A DNA stretch of 36,130 bases, from NCBI GenBank assembly GCA_964416585.1, contig CAYQFC010000001.1, positions 1-36,130 of the forward strand, in the 5' to 3' direction. This DNA comes from an uncultured Aliarcobacter sp. (GTDB taxonomy: Bacteria; Campylobacterota; Campylobacteria; Campylobacterales; Arcobacteraceae). The notes under the pieces were generated by a model. The model was given only the letters and a program-made list of their open reading frames with translations. It was not told where the DNA came from and searched no databases. This document shows, in pieces, positions 8,312 to 19,639 of the stretch. The position numbers and the translations under genes are program-made. Numbering within the stretch: the first letter of the stretch is position 1; the number at the start of each line of letters is the position of its first letter.

Positions 8312-9241
8312 TTATCCTTTTAAAATATTTATGCTGTTTAGTACAGTTTTTGAAGAGTTTTCCAGCTCTTGCTTCTCATCTTGTGTTAAATCAAGTTCAA
8401 TAATCTTTTCAATTCCTTGTTTTGAGATTACACAAGGAACACCAAAGCTTAAATTATTATAGCCATATTCATTTAAAAGTATAGTAGAAACAGTAAAAAC
8501 TTCTTTACTATCTTTAATAATAGCTTTACATAATAAAAAGCAAGAATATGCTGGAGCAAAATATGCTGAACCTGTCTTTAGAAGCTCTACTACTTTAGCA
8601 CCACCATTTTTTGTATTTTCTAAAATATGATCAACATCACTTTTGCTTAAAATATCGACTACTTTTTTGCCATCAATTTTTGTATGATTTATTAAAGGAA
8701 GCATTGTATTTGAGTGAGCACCAATTACCATAGCTTCTATATTTTTATAAGGAAAATCTATTTTTTCATCAATATAGTATTTAAATCTTGCACTATCAAG
8801 TGTTCCAGCCATTCCAAAAACTCTATTTCGTGGAAGTTTTGATTTTGTGTAGGCTTTGTAAACCATGGCATCAAGTGGGTTTGAAACTATGATAAAAATT
8901 GCATTTTGGTTGTTTTCTAAAACTTCATCAAAAATATCTTCAATAATTTTTGAGTTTATCTTTAGTAAATCTTCTCTACTCATATTCTCTTTTCTGGCAA
9001 TTCCAGCTGTGATTATTACTATATCACAATTTTTAAAACTATTATCGAAACAAGCGACTACTTTTGTTTGAAGGTTTGAAGCTTTTGCTGCTTGAGAAAT
9101 ATCTAAAGCCATGGCTTTTGTAAAATCTTCTTTTATGTCTTTTAGTAGAATTTTATTGCATAATCCACTAGTTGCTAGATTAAAAGCCAAAGTAGATCCA
9201 ACATTTCCAACACCAACAATACCAATAGTAATATTTTTCAA
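8312..9241 (-). CDS. mdh: Malate dehydrogenase (LDH-like)
   Basis: GVGNVG, TAGIARK..MSREDL, VSNPLD, LDSARF, GAH and GSAYFAP motifs; adjacent to icd; TTG start. Confidence 0.9.
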   Translation of the reverse strand: MKNITIGIVGVGNVGSTLAFNLATSGLCNKILLKDIKEDFTKAMALDISQAAKASNLQTKVVACFDNSFKNCDIVIITAGIARKENMSREDLLKINSKIIEDIFDEVLENNQNAIFIIVSNPLDAMVYKAYTKSKLPRNRVFGMAGTLDSARFKYYIDEKIDFPYKNIEAMVIGAHSNTMLPLINHTKIDGKKVVDILSKSDVDHILENTKNGGAKVVELLKTGSAYFAPAYSCFLLCKAIIKDSKEVFTVSTILLNEYGYNNLSFGVPCVISKQGIEKIIELDLTQDEKQELENSSKTVLNSINILKG

Positions 9242-9271
9242 AAAAAGCCTTTATAGTAGAATAAAGGAAGA

Positions 9272-9280
9272 ATTGTAGCA
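9272..9280 (-). promoter_or_regulatory. Extended -10 promoter (TGcTACAAT) for mdh
   Basis: Plus-strand attgtagca, about 30 nt upstream of the mdh start and directly after the icd terminator. Confidence 0.6.
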
Positions 9281-9309
9281 AAAAAGCTAGAAAAAACTCT
9301 AGCTTTTTT
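9280..9309 (-). terminator. Intrinsic terminator of icd
   Basis: AAAAAAGCTAGA-aaaaac-TCTAGCTTTTTT hairpin just after the icd stop. Confidence 0.8.
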
Positions 9310-9323
9310 AAAAAATAATAAAA

Positions 9324-11519
<2,196 letters not shown>

Positions 11520-11600
11520 TTATCCTAATTTTTGAATTTTGATATGGTGGATTTTATCTTTAATTTGATTTAAAAGGATTGAAATTGTGTAATTTTGGCA

Positions 11601-11633
11601 ATGTGAATATTTGATTGTTTCAAATATTCACAT
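11601..11633. repeat. Perfect 14-bp inverted repeat between mltG and icd
   Basis: ATGTGAATATTTGA-ttgtt-TCAAATATTCACAT, abutting the mltG stop codon. Confidence 0.85.
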
Positions 11634-12758
11634 CTAATTTATGCTATTAAATAGGTCTTTTATAGAAGGAGCTTTCTGTTTTGTAATATCTGTTTTCATA
11701 ATATCACTTGCTTGTGTATCAATATTTGTCTCTTGCTCTTTTACTTTTGTGTAAGTTTTTGTAACTCCAATATTTGAGTTTATATTTGTTTGATGAGCTT
11801 CATATGAGTTTGAAAATTTATGAAGTCCTGTTTTATTATCTCTTACAAAATATAGATAATCACTTTTTACAGGAAAAATTCCAGCTTTTATTGAATCAAG
11901 ACTAACAGCACAAACAGGGTCTTTTGGAAGACCTTTGTATTTATAAGTATTGTATGAACTCTCATCAGTTCTTATTCTTTCTGCTGTAATAACTTCATTT
12001 GAGTGTTTTCCATAGTTTAAAGTACCATCCATTTGAAGTGCCATCCCTTTTTTTAATCTATTGTGAATTACACTTGCAACTATTGGCATTTCGTTTGTTG
12101 TTGCTGCCTCTTTTTGGATTATTGAAGCCAAAGTTATATAGTTGTACCATTTTTTCTTATCGTAAGAGCCAAATATTTTTGTTGAAAACTCTTCATATTT
12201 TTTATCAGTTTGAGAAAATAGATATAAAATTATATAATCTTCATTCATTCCAATTGGCAAAGAATAGGTATCTGCTAATATATTTCCGTCTAATCTATGT
12301 GCAAATTCACTATAAACTTTAAAAAGTTTTTGCTCATTTAGTTCAAACTCTTTTGCTAATTTTCTAAGAAAAACATAATAAGTTTCCCCTGGAATTAGTG
12401 TAATATTTTTCATAGCAGCTTTTGAATGTACTAATCTTTGAATAAAATCCATTTTTGTAAGTTGTGTTTGCCCTATATCAATCCAGCCACTTTGTATATA
12501 TCCTGTTGTTTTAATTACTATCTCATCAATTATATTCATATCGTAAGAACTTTTGTTTAAGTAATTTATGATATTATTTGTACTTCCCTTTGGAATGAAT
12601 AGAACTTTTGATGATGTCATTGGTAGAGTCAAATAATATAAAAGAATAATCGAAAAAATAAGGATACTTTCAATAATGCGGAAAGCTATAAAAGCTCTAC
12701 TTCTTTTTCTATTTGTGCTTGTAATACTACTATTTTCTATTCTATTTTCTGGTATCAA
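11634..12758 (-). CDS. mltG: Endolytic transglycosylase MltG (YceG family)
   Basis: N-terminal TM helix; LASIIQKE, SVIHNRL..GM.LQ.D, SSYNTYKYKGLP and YLYFV motifs. TTG start preceded by purine-rich AAGGAAAAAGAG. Confidence 0.92.
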   Translation of the reverse strand: MIPENRIENSSITSTNRKRSRAFIAFRIIESILIFSIILLYYLTLPMTSSKVLFIPKGSTNNIINYLNKSSYDMNIIDEIVIKTTGYIQSGWIDIGQTQLTKMDFIQRLVHSKAAMKNITLIPGETYYVFLRKLAKEFELNEQKLFKVYSEFAHRLDGNILADTYSLPIGMNEDYIILYLFSQTDKKYEEFSTKIFGSYDKKKWYNYITLASIIQKEAATTNEMPIVASVIHNRLKKGMALQMDGTLNYGKHSNEVITAERIRTDESSYNTYKYKGLPKDPVCAVSLDSIKAGIFPVKSDYLYFVRDNKTGLHKFSNSYEAHQTNINSNIGVTKTYTKVKEQETNIDTQASDIMKTDITKQKAPSIKDLFNSIN

Positions 12759-15585
12759 AATAAACTCTTTTTCCTTTGCAAATCTTTTAATTTCGCAATT
12801 TTATATAAAATTGGATAAAAAACTGATTGTTCGAATAAATAGTATTGAGTTTAACTCAAAAAAAAGCAATGTTGAATCATCAATTGATGATTTAAAAAAG
12901 AATATTGATTTGCTTCCAAAGATAATTTCAGTTTTTCAAGAGATTGATATTAATAGCCTAAAAATAGATGGAAATGAGTTCTCTATTTTTATAAATAATG
13001 AAGATATCTATCTTGATAATAAATATATAAATCTAGTATCAAATATTTCAAAGGCTTCAAAACAGCTTGAATTTGATATAAAATCACTATACTTAAAAGA
13101 TTATGATGTTCTTTTTGAAGGTTTAGTAAAGCTAGATTATTTCAAAAACGAGATTAAATATTTTGGAGATATACATTATGAAGGAGTTGTTTCTAAAACA
13201 AATATTGATATATCAAAAGAAAAAATAAAGTTTTTTACAAGAAGTGAATATTTTAAAAATCTACATTTTTTAAAGAAGTTTTTGGATTTGCCTAGTGTGG
13301 CAAACTCTTGGATGTATGATAATGTAAAGGGAGATTTTAAGCTTGATTGGTTTTATGGTGAATTTGATTTAGAAAAAAATGAAATTATAGAAAAAACATT
13401 AGAAGGCGAAGCTCATATAAAAGATGCAAATATTACATTTCATAAAAGTGTTGAAAATATTAATACAAAAAGTATTAAAGCTAAATACAAAAATAATACC
13501 TTGCATTTTGATTTAATAGATGCAAAATTTATAAACAAAACTCTTAAAAACTCTTATGTAACTTTGAAAAATTTAACAGATGAAAAAGCTGGTATTGTAG
13601 ATGTTTATATTGAATCAGATACAAAGCTTGATAGTGATATCTTAAAAATTCTAAAAGCATATAGTATAGATTTGCCTATTTTACAAAAAAGTGGAAATAC
13701 AAAGGCAAAACTGCTTTTGAGTTTTCCTTATGATGAGAAAAAAAGTTTAAGTACAAATGGTGAATTTCTTGTAGAAAATAGTGAAATTTCTATATCAAAT
13801 TTTGATTTTAGAAGCAAAAATGCAAAAGTAAGACTTGAAAATGATATGGTTTTTATTGAAAATGCAAGTTTTTTGCTGGATAAAATGATAGATGCAACAG
13901 CAAATATCTCTATTGATACAAAAACTCTAAAATCTGTTGGAGAGGTAAACATCAATAGACTTTTAATAAAAGAGAGTAGTAATGAAATTTTAGATTTATC
14001 AAATTTTTCTACACCAATAACTATGGATTTTTCAAAAAATGTTGATATAGATTTACAAAATTTAGATACAAAAATAAGATATGAAGATAGGCTTTTTATA
14101 GTAATTGAGGATTTAAGTAAAATTTATAGACATTCAAAGCTTTTAAATGACTATTCGATAAGTAAAGGAAATATTGTTTTAGAAATTATTGATGAAAAAA
14201 ATATTAATTTTGAAGCCCATTTATTGGCTTTAAAATCGCCTTTATATAAAAATAATAAAAAAGTAGAAGAGTTTTTTTTAAATGGAGCTATAAAAAATGA
14301 TAATGTGAACTTGTCTTTAAATGAGGAGAGTATCAAGCTTGATATAAATGATGAGATTAATATTTTTATAAAAGATTATAAGATTATTGATAGTTTTTCA
14401 AGCAACAAAGTAAATAGTGATAAAAATATAAATATTAGCTTAGAAAATTGTAGTTTTGAGCAAGAAAAAGATATTTATAATCTAAAAACAGCAAAAGTTT
14501 TTGTCAAAAAAGATGAGATAAATTTTGAAGCAACTATAAATGATTTTGATTTTCCACTAAAAAAAGATAGTAAAAAGCTAGATTTTCTGGAACTAAAAGG
14601 GAGCATTAAAGATAATTTAACAAAATTATCTTCTTTGGATGAAAACTTAAAAATAGAGAAAAAAAATGATTCTTTGAAACTTGAAATAAAAGATTTTGAT
14701 ATTGATTTAAGCCTAAAAAATAGCAATAAATTAAATTACAAATCAGTTTTAATAAATGGATTTAATTCAAATATTATTTTTAATGAAGAGTATAAAGTTT
14801 TAAGTGAGAACTTTATTGTAAATTTAGATGAAAATGAGAAGTTTGTATATTTAAAACATAAAGATAGTGAGCTTAGTTTTAGAGAGTATGATGATGGTAA
14901 AATTGATATGTTTGCTTTTAATATAAGTGAAGAGTTTATGAATTCTTTGCTAAATAAAGAGATTATAAATGGCGGAGTTTTGAATTTTTATGCAAATGGA
15001 AGCTATGATTTATTGGGTGGAAAGCTTCTCATAAGAGATAGCTCAATTTCAAATTTATCAATTTTAAGCAATCTTTTAGCATTTGTGGAGACAACACCAG
15101 CTATTGCCACACAGTTAATAACTATTCCTTTTAATCCATTTTTTGCTCTTCCAGCTGCTGGAATAGGGCTTAAAAATATGGGAGCATATAGGCTAGAAGA
15201 GGGTAATCTTAGTTTTTCTTACGATAGAGATAATAATTTATTAAAAATAGACAATCTAAATACTCTTGGAAGTGGTATAGATTTTGAAGGTTTTGGAGTT
15301 CTTGATCTTAATAATTTTACTATTGATGCAAAGGTAAATTTAATATTTCTCAAAGATTATACAAGTTTTGTAAGATTTATACCTTTGATAAATTATATCT
15401 TATTGGGAGAAAAAGAGAGAGTTGAAACTTTAATTGATATTCATGGAAATTTAAGTGAACCACAATTTTCAACAAATCTTATAAAAGATAGTTTTTCAGC
15501 TCCATTTAATATTGTAAAAAGAGTATTTACAGCACCTGTAAATATTTTTAATGGTTTAAACTCTTTGGAAAATAGCAAAGATTAA
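12676..15585 (+). CDS. AsmA-like/YhdP-family envelope bridge protein (DUF3971-type)
   Basis: 969 aa with a single N-terminal TM anchor and beta-rich body. AsmA_2-like C-terminus (IPLINYILLG...I.GNLSEP); divergent from mltG as in related Campylobacterota. Confidence 0.75.
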   Translation: MRKAIKALLLFLFVLVILLFSILFSGIKINSFSFANLLISQFYIKLDKKLIVRINSIEFNSKKSNVESSIDDLKKNIDLLPKIISVFQEIDINSLKIDGNEFSIFINNEDIYLDNKYINLVSNISKASKQLEFDIKSLYLKDYDVLFEGLVKLDYFKNEIKYFGDIHYEGVVSKTNIDISKEKIKFFTRSEYFKNLHFLKKFLDLPSVANSWMYDNVKGDFKLDWFYGEFDLEKNEIIEKTLEGEAHIKDANITFHKSVENINTKSIKAKYKNNTLHFDLIDAKFINKTLKNSYVTLKNLTDEKAGIVDVYIESDTKLDSDILKILKAYSIDLPILQKSGNTKAKLLLSFPYDEKKSLSTNGEFLVENSEISISNFDFRSKNAKVRLENDMVFIENASFLLDKMIDATANISIDTKTLKSVGEVNINRLLIKESSNEILDLSNFSTPITMDFSKNVDIDLQNLDTKIRYEDRLFIVIEDLSKIYRHSKLLNDYSISKGNIVLEIIDEKNINFEAHLLALKSPLYKNNKKVEEFFLNGAIKNDNVNLSLNEESIKLDINDEINIFIKDYKIIDSFSSNKVNSDKNINISLENCSFEQEKDIYNLKTAKVFVKKDEINFEATINDFDFPLKKDSKKLDFLELKGSIKDNLTKLSSLDENLKIEKKNDSLKLEIKDFDIDLSLKNSNKLNYKSVLINGFNSNIIFNEEYKVLSENFIVNLDENEKFVYLKHKDSELSFREYDDGKIDMFAFNISEEFMNSLLNKEIINGGVLNFYANGSYDLLGGKLLIRDSSISNLSILSNLLAFVETTPAIATQLITIPFNPFFALPAAGIGLKNMGAYRLEEGNLSFSYDRDNNLLKIDNLNTLGSGIDFEGFGVLDLNNFTIDAKVNLIFLKDYTSFVRFIPLINYILLGEKERVETLIDIHGNLSEPQFSTNLIKDSFSAPFNIVKRVFTAPVNIFNGLNSLENSKD

Positions 15586-16535
15586 TTCTTTGCTATATTT
15601 AAACCTTTTTTCTCTTCAAGTCCTAGCATAATATTCATACATTGAATAGCTGCACCACTTGCTCCCTTTCCTAAATTATCAAGTCTTGAAATAATCACTA
15701 AATCACTTTTGTTTTCATATATTGAAATTTCTAAAGAGTTTGTATTGTTACATTTCATAGGATTTAAAAAACCATTATCTAAATATTCTTCGTTATTCTC
15801 AATAGTTTTAATAAAAATTTCATCTTTATAATAGTTTTTATAAAGTTTGATCAACTCTTCTTTTGATAAATTTTTCTTTAAATTATCTTTTACTAAATAA
15901 GAAATTACCAGCATTCCTTGTTCAAAATTCCCAACACTTGGTGTAAAAATAGGGGGATTATTTAGTTTTAAAACATACTTCATCTCTGGAAGATGTTTGT
16001 GATTTAAACCTAAAGCATATGGTCTTTGTCCGCCAATTACATCAAAATCACCATTTTTATAATCATTTATCATTTGTGAGCCACCACCGCTAAAACCAGT
16101 TATTGAGTGACAAATTAATTTATGATTTTTACTAATTATCTTATTTTTTACCAAAGGTTTCATAGCTACAATTAAACCACTTGCATGGCAACCTGGAACA
16201 CAAACTCTTTTTGAGTTTTTAATTTTATCTCTTTGTTTGCTTGTTAATTCAGGAATTCCGTAAACCCAGTTTTTATCCGTTCTAAAAGCTGTACTTGCAT
16301 CTATTACTTTTACATTTTCATTATTTATTAAGCTAACAGACTCTTTTGAAGCTACATCTGGAAGACATAAAAATACTAAATCAGCACTATTTAAAAGCTC
16401 TTTTCTCTTTTCTATATCTTTTTTATCTTCCTCTTTTATAGTAAGAAGCTCTATTTCATCTCTACTTTTAAGAAGCTCATGTATTTTAAGACCAGTTGTT
16501 CCGTGTTGCCCATCTACAAAAACTTTAAATTTCAT
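15582..16535 (-). CDS. argC: N-acetyl-gamma-glutamyl-phosphate reductase (short, type 2 form)
   Basis: VFVDGQHGTTG, DASTAFR, PGCHASG, SGGG and DNLGKGASGAA motifs. Confidence 0.95.
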   Translation of the reverse strand: MKFKVFVDGQHGTTGLKIHELLKSRDEIELLTIKEEDKKDIEKRKELLNSADLVFLCLPDVASKESVSLINNENVKVIDASTAFRTDKNWVYGIPELTSKQRDKIKNSKRVCVPGCHASGLIVAMKPLVKNKIISKNHKLICHSITGFSGGGSQMINDYKNGDFDVIGGQRPYALGLNHKHLPEMKYVLKLNNPPIFTPSVGNFEQGMLVISYLVKDNLKKNLSKEELIKLYKNYYKDEIFIKTIENNEEYLDNGFLNPMKCNNTNSLEISIYENKSDLVIISRLDNLGKGASGAAIQCMNIMLGLEEKKGLNIAKN

Positions 16536-16637
16536 TTTCTCTCCCTAGTATTATTATTTATTTCTTAGTTTAGCTAAAAGCTACTTTATTTATAAATGAA
16601 ATATATTATTTAAAGTAGATTGTTTTTAAATATTTTA

Positions 16638-16646
16638 TGCTACAAT
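16638..16646 (+). promoter_or_regulatory. Extended -10 promoter (TGcTACAAT) of hpf
   Basis: TGCTACAAT about 30 nt upstream of the ATG; SD AAGGAG follows. Confidence 0.7.
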
Positions 16647-16674
16647 GCCTTAATCACAATACAAGGAGTTTATT

Positions 16675-17205
16675 ATGAATACAAGTATAGTAGGAAGACA
16701 TATTAAATTAACAGATGCAATAAAAGATTATATACATAGCTCAATACAAACATTTGAAAAATATAATTTAGATATTATTTCAGTTGCTTCTACAATTATT
16801 GGAGAAGAAAGAGGAAGAGGTTTTACTTTTGAGTTCTCTTTAAATATCGCAAATATCGATACTGTTGTGATAAAACAAAAAGATAAAGATTTATATAGTG
16901 CAATTGATATTGCTTCTGATAGAGTATCAAAAGTATTAAGAAGACATGCAGATAAAATAACTGCACATAAAGCTACAAAATTTAGCGAAGCTGTTGAAAA
17001 TGAAGACAAAATCGCAAAAGAGCTTGAGAGATTTGAAGATGAGATTATTCCACAAAGATTGACTTCTTATAAGCCAATTGATATAGAAGAGGCTTTAGAG
17101 GAGTTGAAAAACTCAACTGCTCAATTTAAAGTGTTCTATGATAAAGACAACAACTTAAGAGTTCTTTATAAGGCAAATGCGGCTGGAAAATTTGGACTTT
17201 ATTAA
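16675..17205 (+). CDS. hpf: Ribosome hibernation promoting factor, long form (RaiA/HPF)
   Basis: GRHIKLTDAIKDY and DLYSAID motifs; C-terminal KPIDIEEA...F.VF...VLYK...FGL domain. Confidence 0.92.
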   Translation: MNTSIVGRHIKLTDAIKDYIHSSIQTFEKYNLDIISVASTIIGEERGRGFTFEFSLNIANIDTVVIKQKDKDLYSAIDIASDRVSKVLRRHADKITAHKATKFSEAVENEDKIAKELERFEDEIIPQRLTSYKPIDIEEALEELKNSTAQFKVFYDKDNNLRVLYKANAAGKFGLY

Positions 17206-17225
17206 AAAACAGTGAAGTAGTTTTT

Positions 17226-17255
17226 AAGGTATTAGCTTCTGCTAATACCTTTTTT
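17226..17255 (+). terminator. Intrinsic terminator of hpf
   Basis: AAGGTATTAGC-ttct-GCTAATACCTT followed by a T run. Confidence 0.88.
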
Positions 17256-17280
17256 AATTTAAGAAAATAGGATTAGATAT

Positions 17281-18759
17281 ATGGAAAATAGTTTAAAAAA
17301 AGTTGCACTGATTGGTCAGCCAAATGTAGGAAAATCATCACTATTTAATAGACTTGCAAATAGAAGAATAGCTATTGTATCAGATGTTTCTGGAACAACA
17401 AGAGATATTAAAAAACATGAAATAGAGATTTTGGATAGAAGTGCCTTGCTACTTGATACAGGTGGAATTGATGATACAAATGATGAGATATTTTCAAGTG
17501 TAAAAAAGAAAGCTATTAAAACTGCAAAAGAGGCTGATATAATACTTTTTATGGTGGATGGAAAAAATATTCCAGATGATAAGGATAAAGAACTATTTTA
17601 TGAGCTTCAAAGATTGGGGAAAAATCTAGCATTGGTTGTAAATAAGATTGATAATGATAAAGAGCTAGAGAGACTTTGGGAATTTTTTGAGTTTGGAATA
17701 AGTGATGAAGATTTGTTTGGTATCTCTGTTTCACATAATCGTGGTACAAAAACACTCTATGAGTGGATATATAAGCAACTTCCTGAAAACCCTGAAACTC
17801 TTGCAAAAATGGAAGAAGAGAGAAGAAAAAAAGAGCTTGAAGATGAGTTTTTTGATGAAGAGCTAGAAAAAGAGTTTGATAGCGATGAGGATTTTTCAGC
17901 TGAGGGTTTAGAAAAATTAGAAGAGGAGATTATAGTTGATGATACAGCTATAAATGTTGCTATTATAGGTCGTGTTAATGTTGGAAAATCATCTATTTTA
18001 AATGCTCTTGTTGGAATGGAGAGATCGGTTGTTTCAAGTATTGCAGGAACAACAATAGACCCTGTTGATGAGAAGTTTTCATATAAAGATAAAGATATAA
18101 CTTTTGTTGATACAGCAGGACTTAGAAGAAGAGGAAGCATTGAAGGAATAGAAAAATATGCCTTAATGCGAACAAAAGAGATGCTAGAAAAGGCAAACGT
18201 TGCTTTAGTTGTTTTAGATGCTTCAAGAGAGCTTACAGATTTAGATGAGAAAATTGCTGGTTTAGTTGATGAGTATGGTTTGGGAACAATTATTGTTTTA
18301 AACAAATGGGATGAAAATATGGATACTTTTCAAAAAATTGAAGAGGAGATTAGAAGAAGATTTAGATTTTTATCTTATGCTCCAATTATTGCAGTTTCAG
18401 CAAAAACTGGAAGAAGTATTGAGAGACTTAAAGATAAAATAATAGAGATTTTTGATAACTACACACAAAGAGTTCCAACTTCGCAACTAAACAGAGTAAT
18501 AGAAGAGGCAGTTATTAGGCACTCGCTTCCTAGTCCAAATGGAGCATATTTAAGAATTTATTACTCTACACAGTTTAGCTCAAGACCTCCTAGAGTTGCT
18601 TTGGTTATGAACAAACCGCAACTTTTACACTACTCATATAAAAGATATTTGATAAATTTTTTAAGAGAGAAGTTTAATTTTGAAGGAACTCCAATTCATG
18701 TTATTGCTCGTGGAAAAAATGATAAAATGGGTGATGAAGAGTATTTAGAAAGAGATTAA
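17281..18759 (+). CDS. der: Ribosome biogenesis GTPase Der (EngA)
   Basis: Two G domains (GQPNVGKS/DTGG/NKID and GRVNVGKS/DTAG/NKWD), acidic linker and KH-like C-terminus FEGTPI. Confidence 0.97.
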   Translation: MENSLKKVALIGQPNVGKSSLFNRLANRRIAIVSDVSGTTRDIKKHEIEILDRSALLLDTGGIDDTNDEIFSSVKKKAIKTAKEADIILFMVDGKNIPDDKDKELFYELQRLGKNLALVVNKIDNDKELERLWEFFEFGISDEDLFGISVSHNRGTKTLYEWIYKQLPENPETLAKMEEERRKKELEDEFFDEELEKEFDSDEDFSAEGLEKLEEEIIVDDTAINVAIIGRVNVGKSSILNALVGMERSVVSSIAGTTIDPVDEKFSYKDKDITFVDTAGLRRRGSIEGIEKYALMRTKEMLEKANVALVVLDASRELTDLDEKIAGLVDEYGLGTIIVLNKWDENMDTFQKIEEEIRRRFRFLSYAPIIAVSAKTGRSIERLKDKIIEIFDNYTQRVPTSQLNRVIEEAVIRHSLPSPNGAYLRIYYSTQFSSRPPRVALVMNKPQLLHYSYKRYLINFLREKFNFEGTPIHVIARGKNDKMGDEEYLERD

Positions 18760-19401
18760 ATGGCAAAAATATACCTACTAAACAGTCAAAAATTTGATAA
18801 TGTTGTAAATCTTGAGGTATTTAAAGTTCAAAGTCTAAAGTTTGATATTGATTTAAAGCCTTATGATGCTTTGGTTTTTACTTCAAAAAGTGCAATTTTT
18901 GCTCTTGAAGATAATAAAATTGATTGGAAAAACACACCTTCATATTTAATAGCAGAAGCTACATCAAATATTGCAAAAAGCTTTGGAGCAAATATCGCTT
19001 TTACAGGTTTAAGTGGACATGGGAATGATTTTGCAAATGAACTTATTCCACACTTAAAAGATAAAAAAGTTTTATATATAAAAGCAAAAAAAACTGTTTC
19101 AAATTTACCAGAAATATTAAGAGAAAATGGTATAGATATTGATGAACTGGTATCTTATGAGACGGTTTGTAATAGTAGTTTAAATAGTTTTGAATTAGAA
19201 ATTGGCTCTACTATTATTTTTACTTCACCTTCAAGTGTTGAATGTTTTTTCAAAAAATTCTCTTGGAATAGTAGCTTTAAAGCTATTTTAATTGGAAAAA
19301 CAACAGCACAATATCTTCCAAAAGAGCTAGTAAACTACAAGATTAGTTCAACCACAAATGTAAAAGAGTGCATTAAACTTGCTTTTCAGGATTTTTCTTA
19401 A
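18760..19401 (+). CDS. hemD: Uroporphyrinogen-III synthase
   Basis: LVFTSKSA, V.YET, IIFTSPSSV and IGKTTA motifs. Confidence 0.88.
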   Translation: MAKIYLLNSQKFDNVVNLEVFKVQSLKFDIDLKPYDALVFTSKSAIFALEDNKIDWKNTPSYLIAEATSNIAKSFGANIAFTGLSGHGNDFANELIPHLKDKKVLYIKAKKTVSNLPEILRENGIDIDELVSYETVCNSSLNSFELEIGSTIIFTSPSSVECFFKKFSWNSSFKAILIGKTTAQYLPKELVNYKISSTTNVKECIKLAFQDFS

Positions 19402-19436
19402 TTACTATTTTAAATATTTTTAGATAAAATATATCC

Positions 19437-19617
19437 AATATACAACCTAGGTAGTTCGTGATTTCCATTGTTGTGGGTCCGATAATTTATTTTTGTGTGT
19501 AAAAGTACTCATATGGTGTGCAGCATTTCTATTTTGTTTATGCTCCTAATATATGATCTTGCATACTGTCCTGACTTTTCAGGGCCATTTTATGGTAACG
19601 GCTACTTGGGGCTTTTT
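19437..19617 (+). ncRNA. ssrS: 6S RNA (epsilonproteobacterial 'purD motif' RNA)
   Basis: About 180-nt GC-enriched non-coding stretch directly upstream of purD, the known 6S locus in Helicobacter/Campylobacter. 5' CCTAGGTAGTT pairs with 3' GGCTACTTGGG; internal hairpins CCTGA-cttt-TCAGG and CCAT-ttt-ATGG; -10 TAAAAT at 19425-19430; terminal T run. Ends approximate. Confidence 0.82.
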
Positions 19618-19639
19618 ATAATTTTTTAAAGGAATAATC

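Noticed and set aside
16581-16618. CTACTTTA...TAAAGTAG inverted repeat and ARG-box-like sequence upstream of argC
   Set aside because: Poor match to the ArgR consensus, long AT-rich spacer, and no supporting regulator in the window.
17810-17945. Highly acidic, purine-rich stretch in der
   Set aside because: An acidic inter-G-domain linker is a normal Der feature; here it is only somewhat long.
19437-19617. Purine-sensing riboswitch upstream of purD
   Set aside because: End-to-end pairing, size and locus fit 6S RNA; no purine or ZTP aptamer consensus was recognised.
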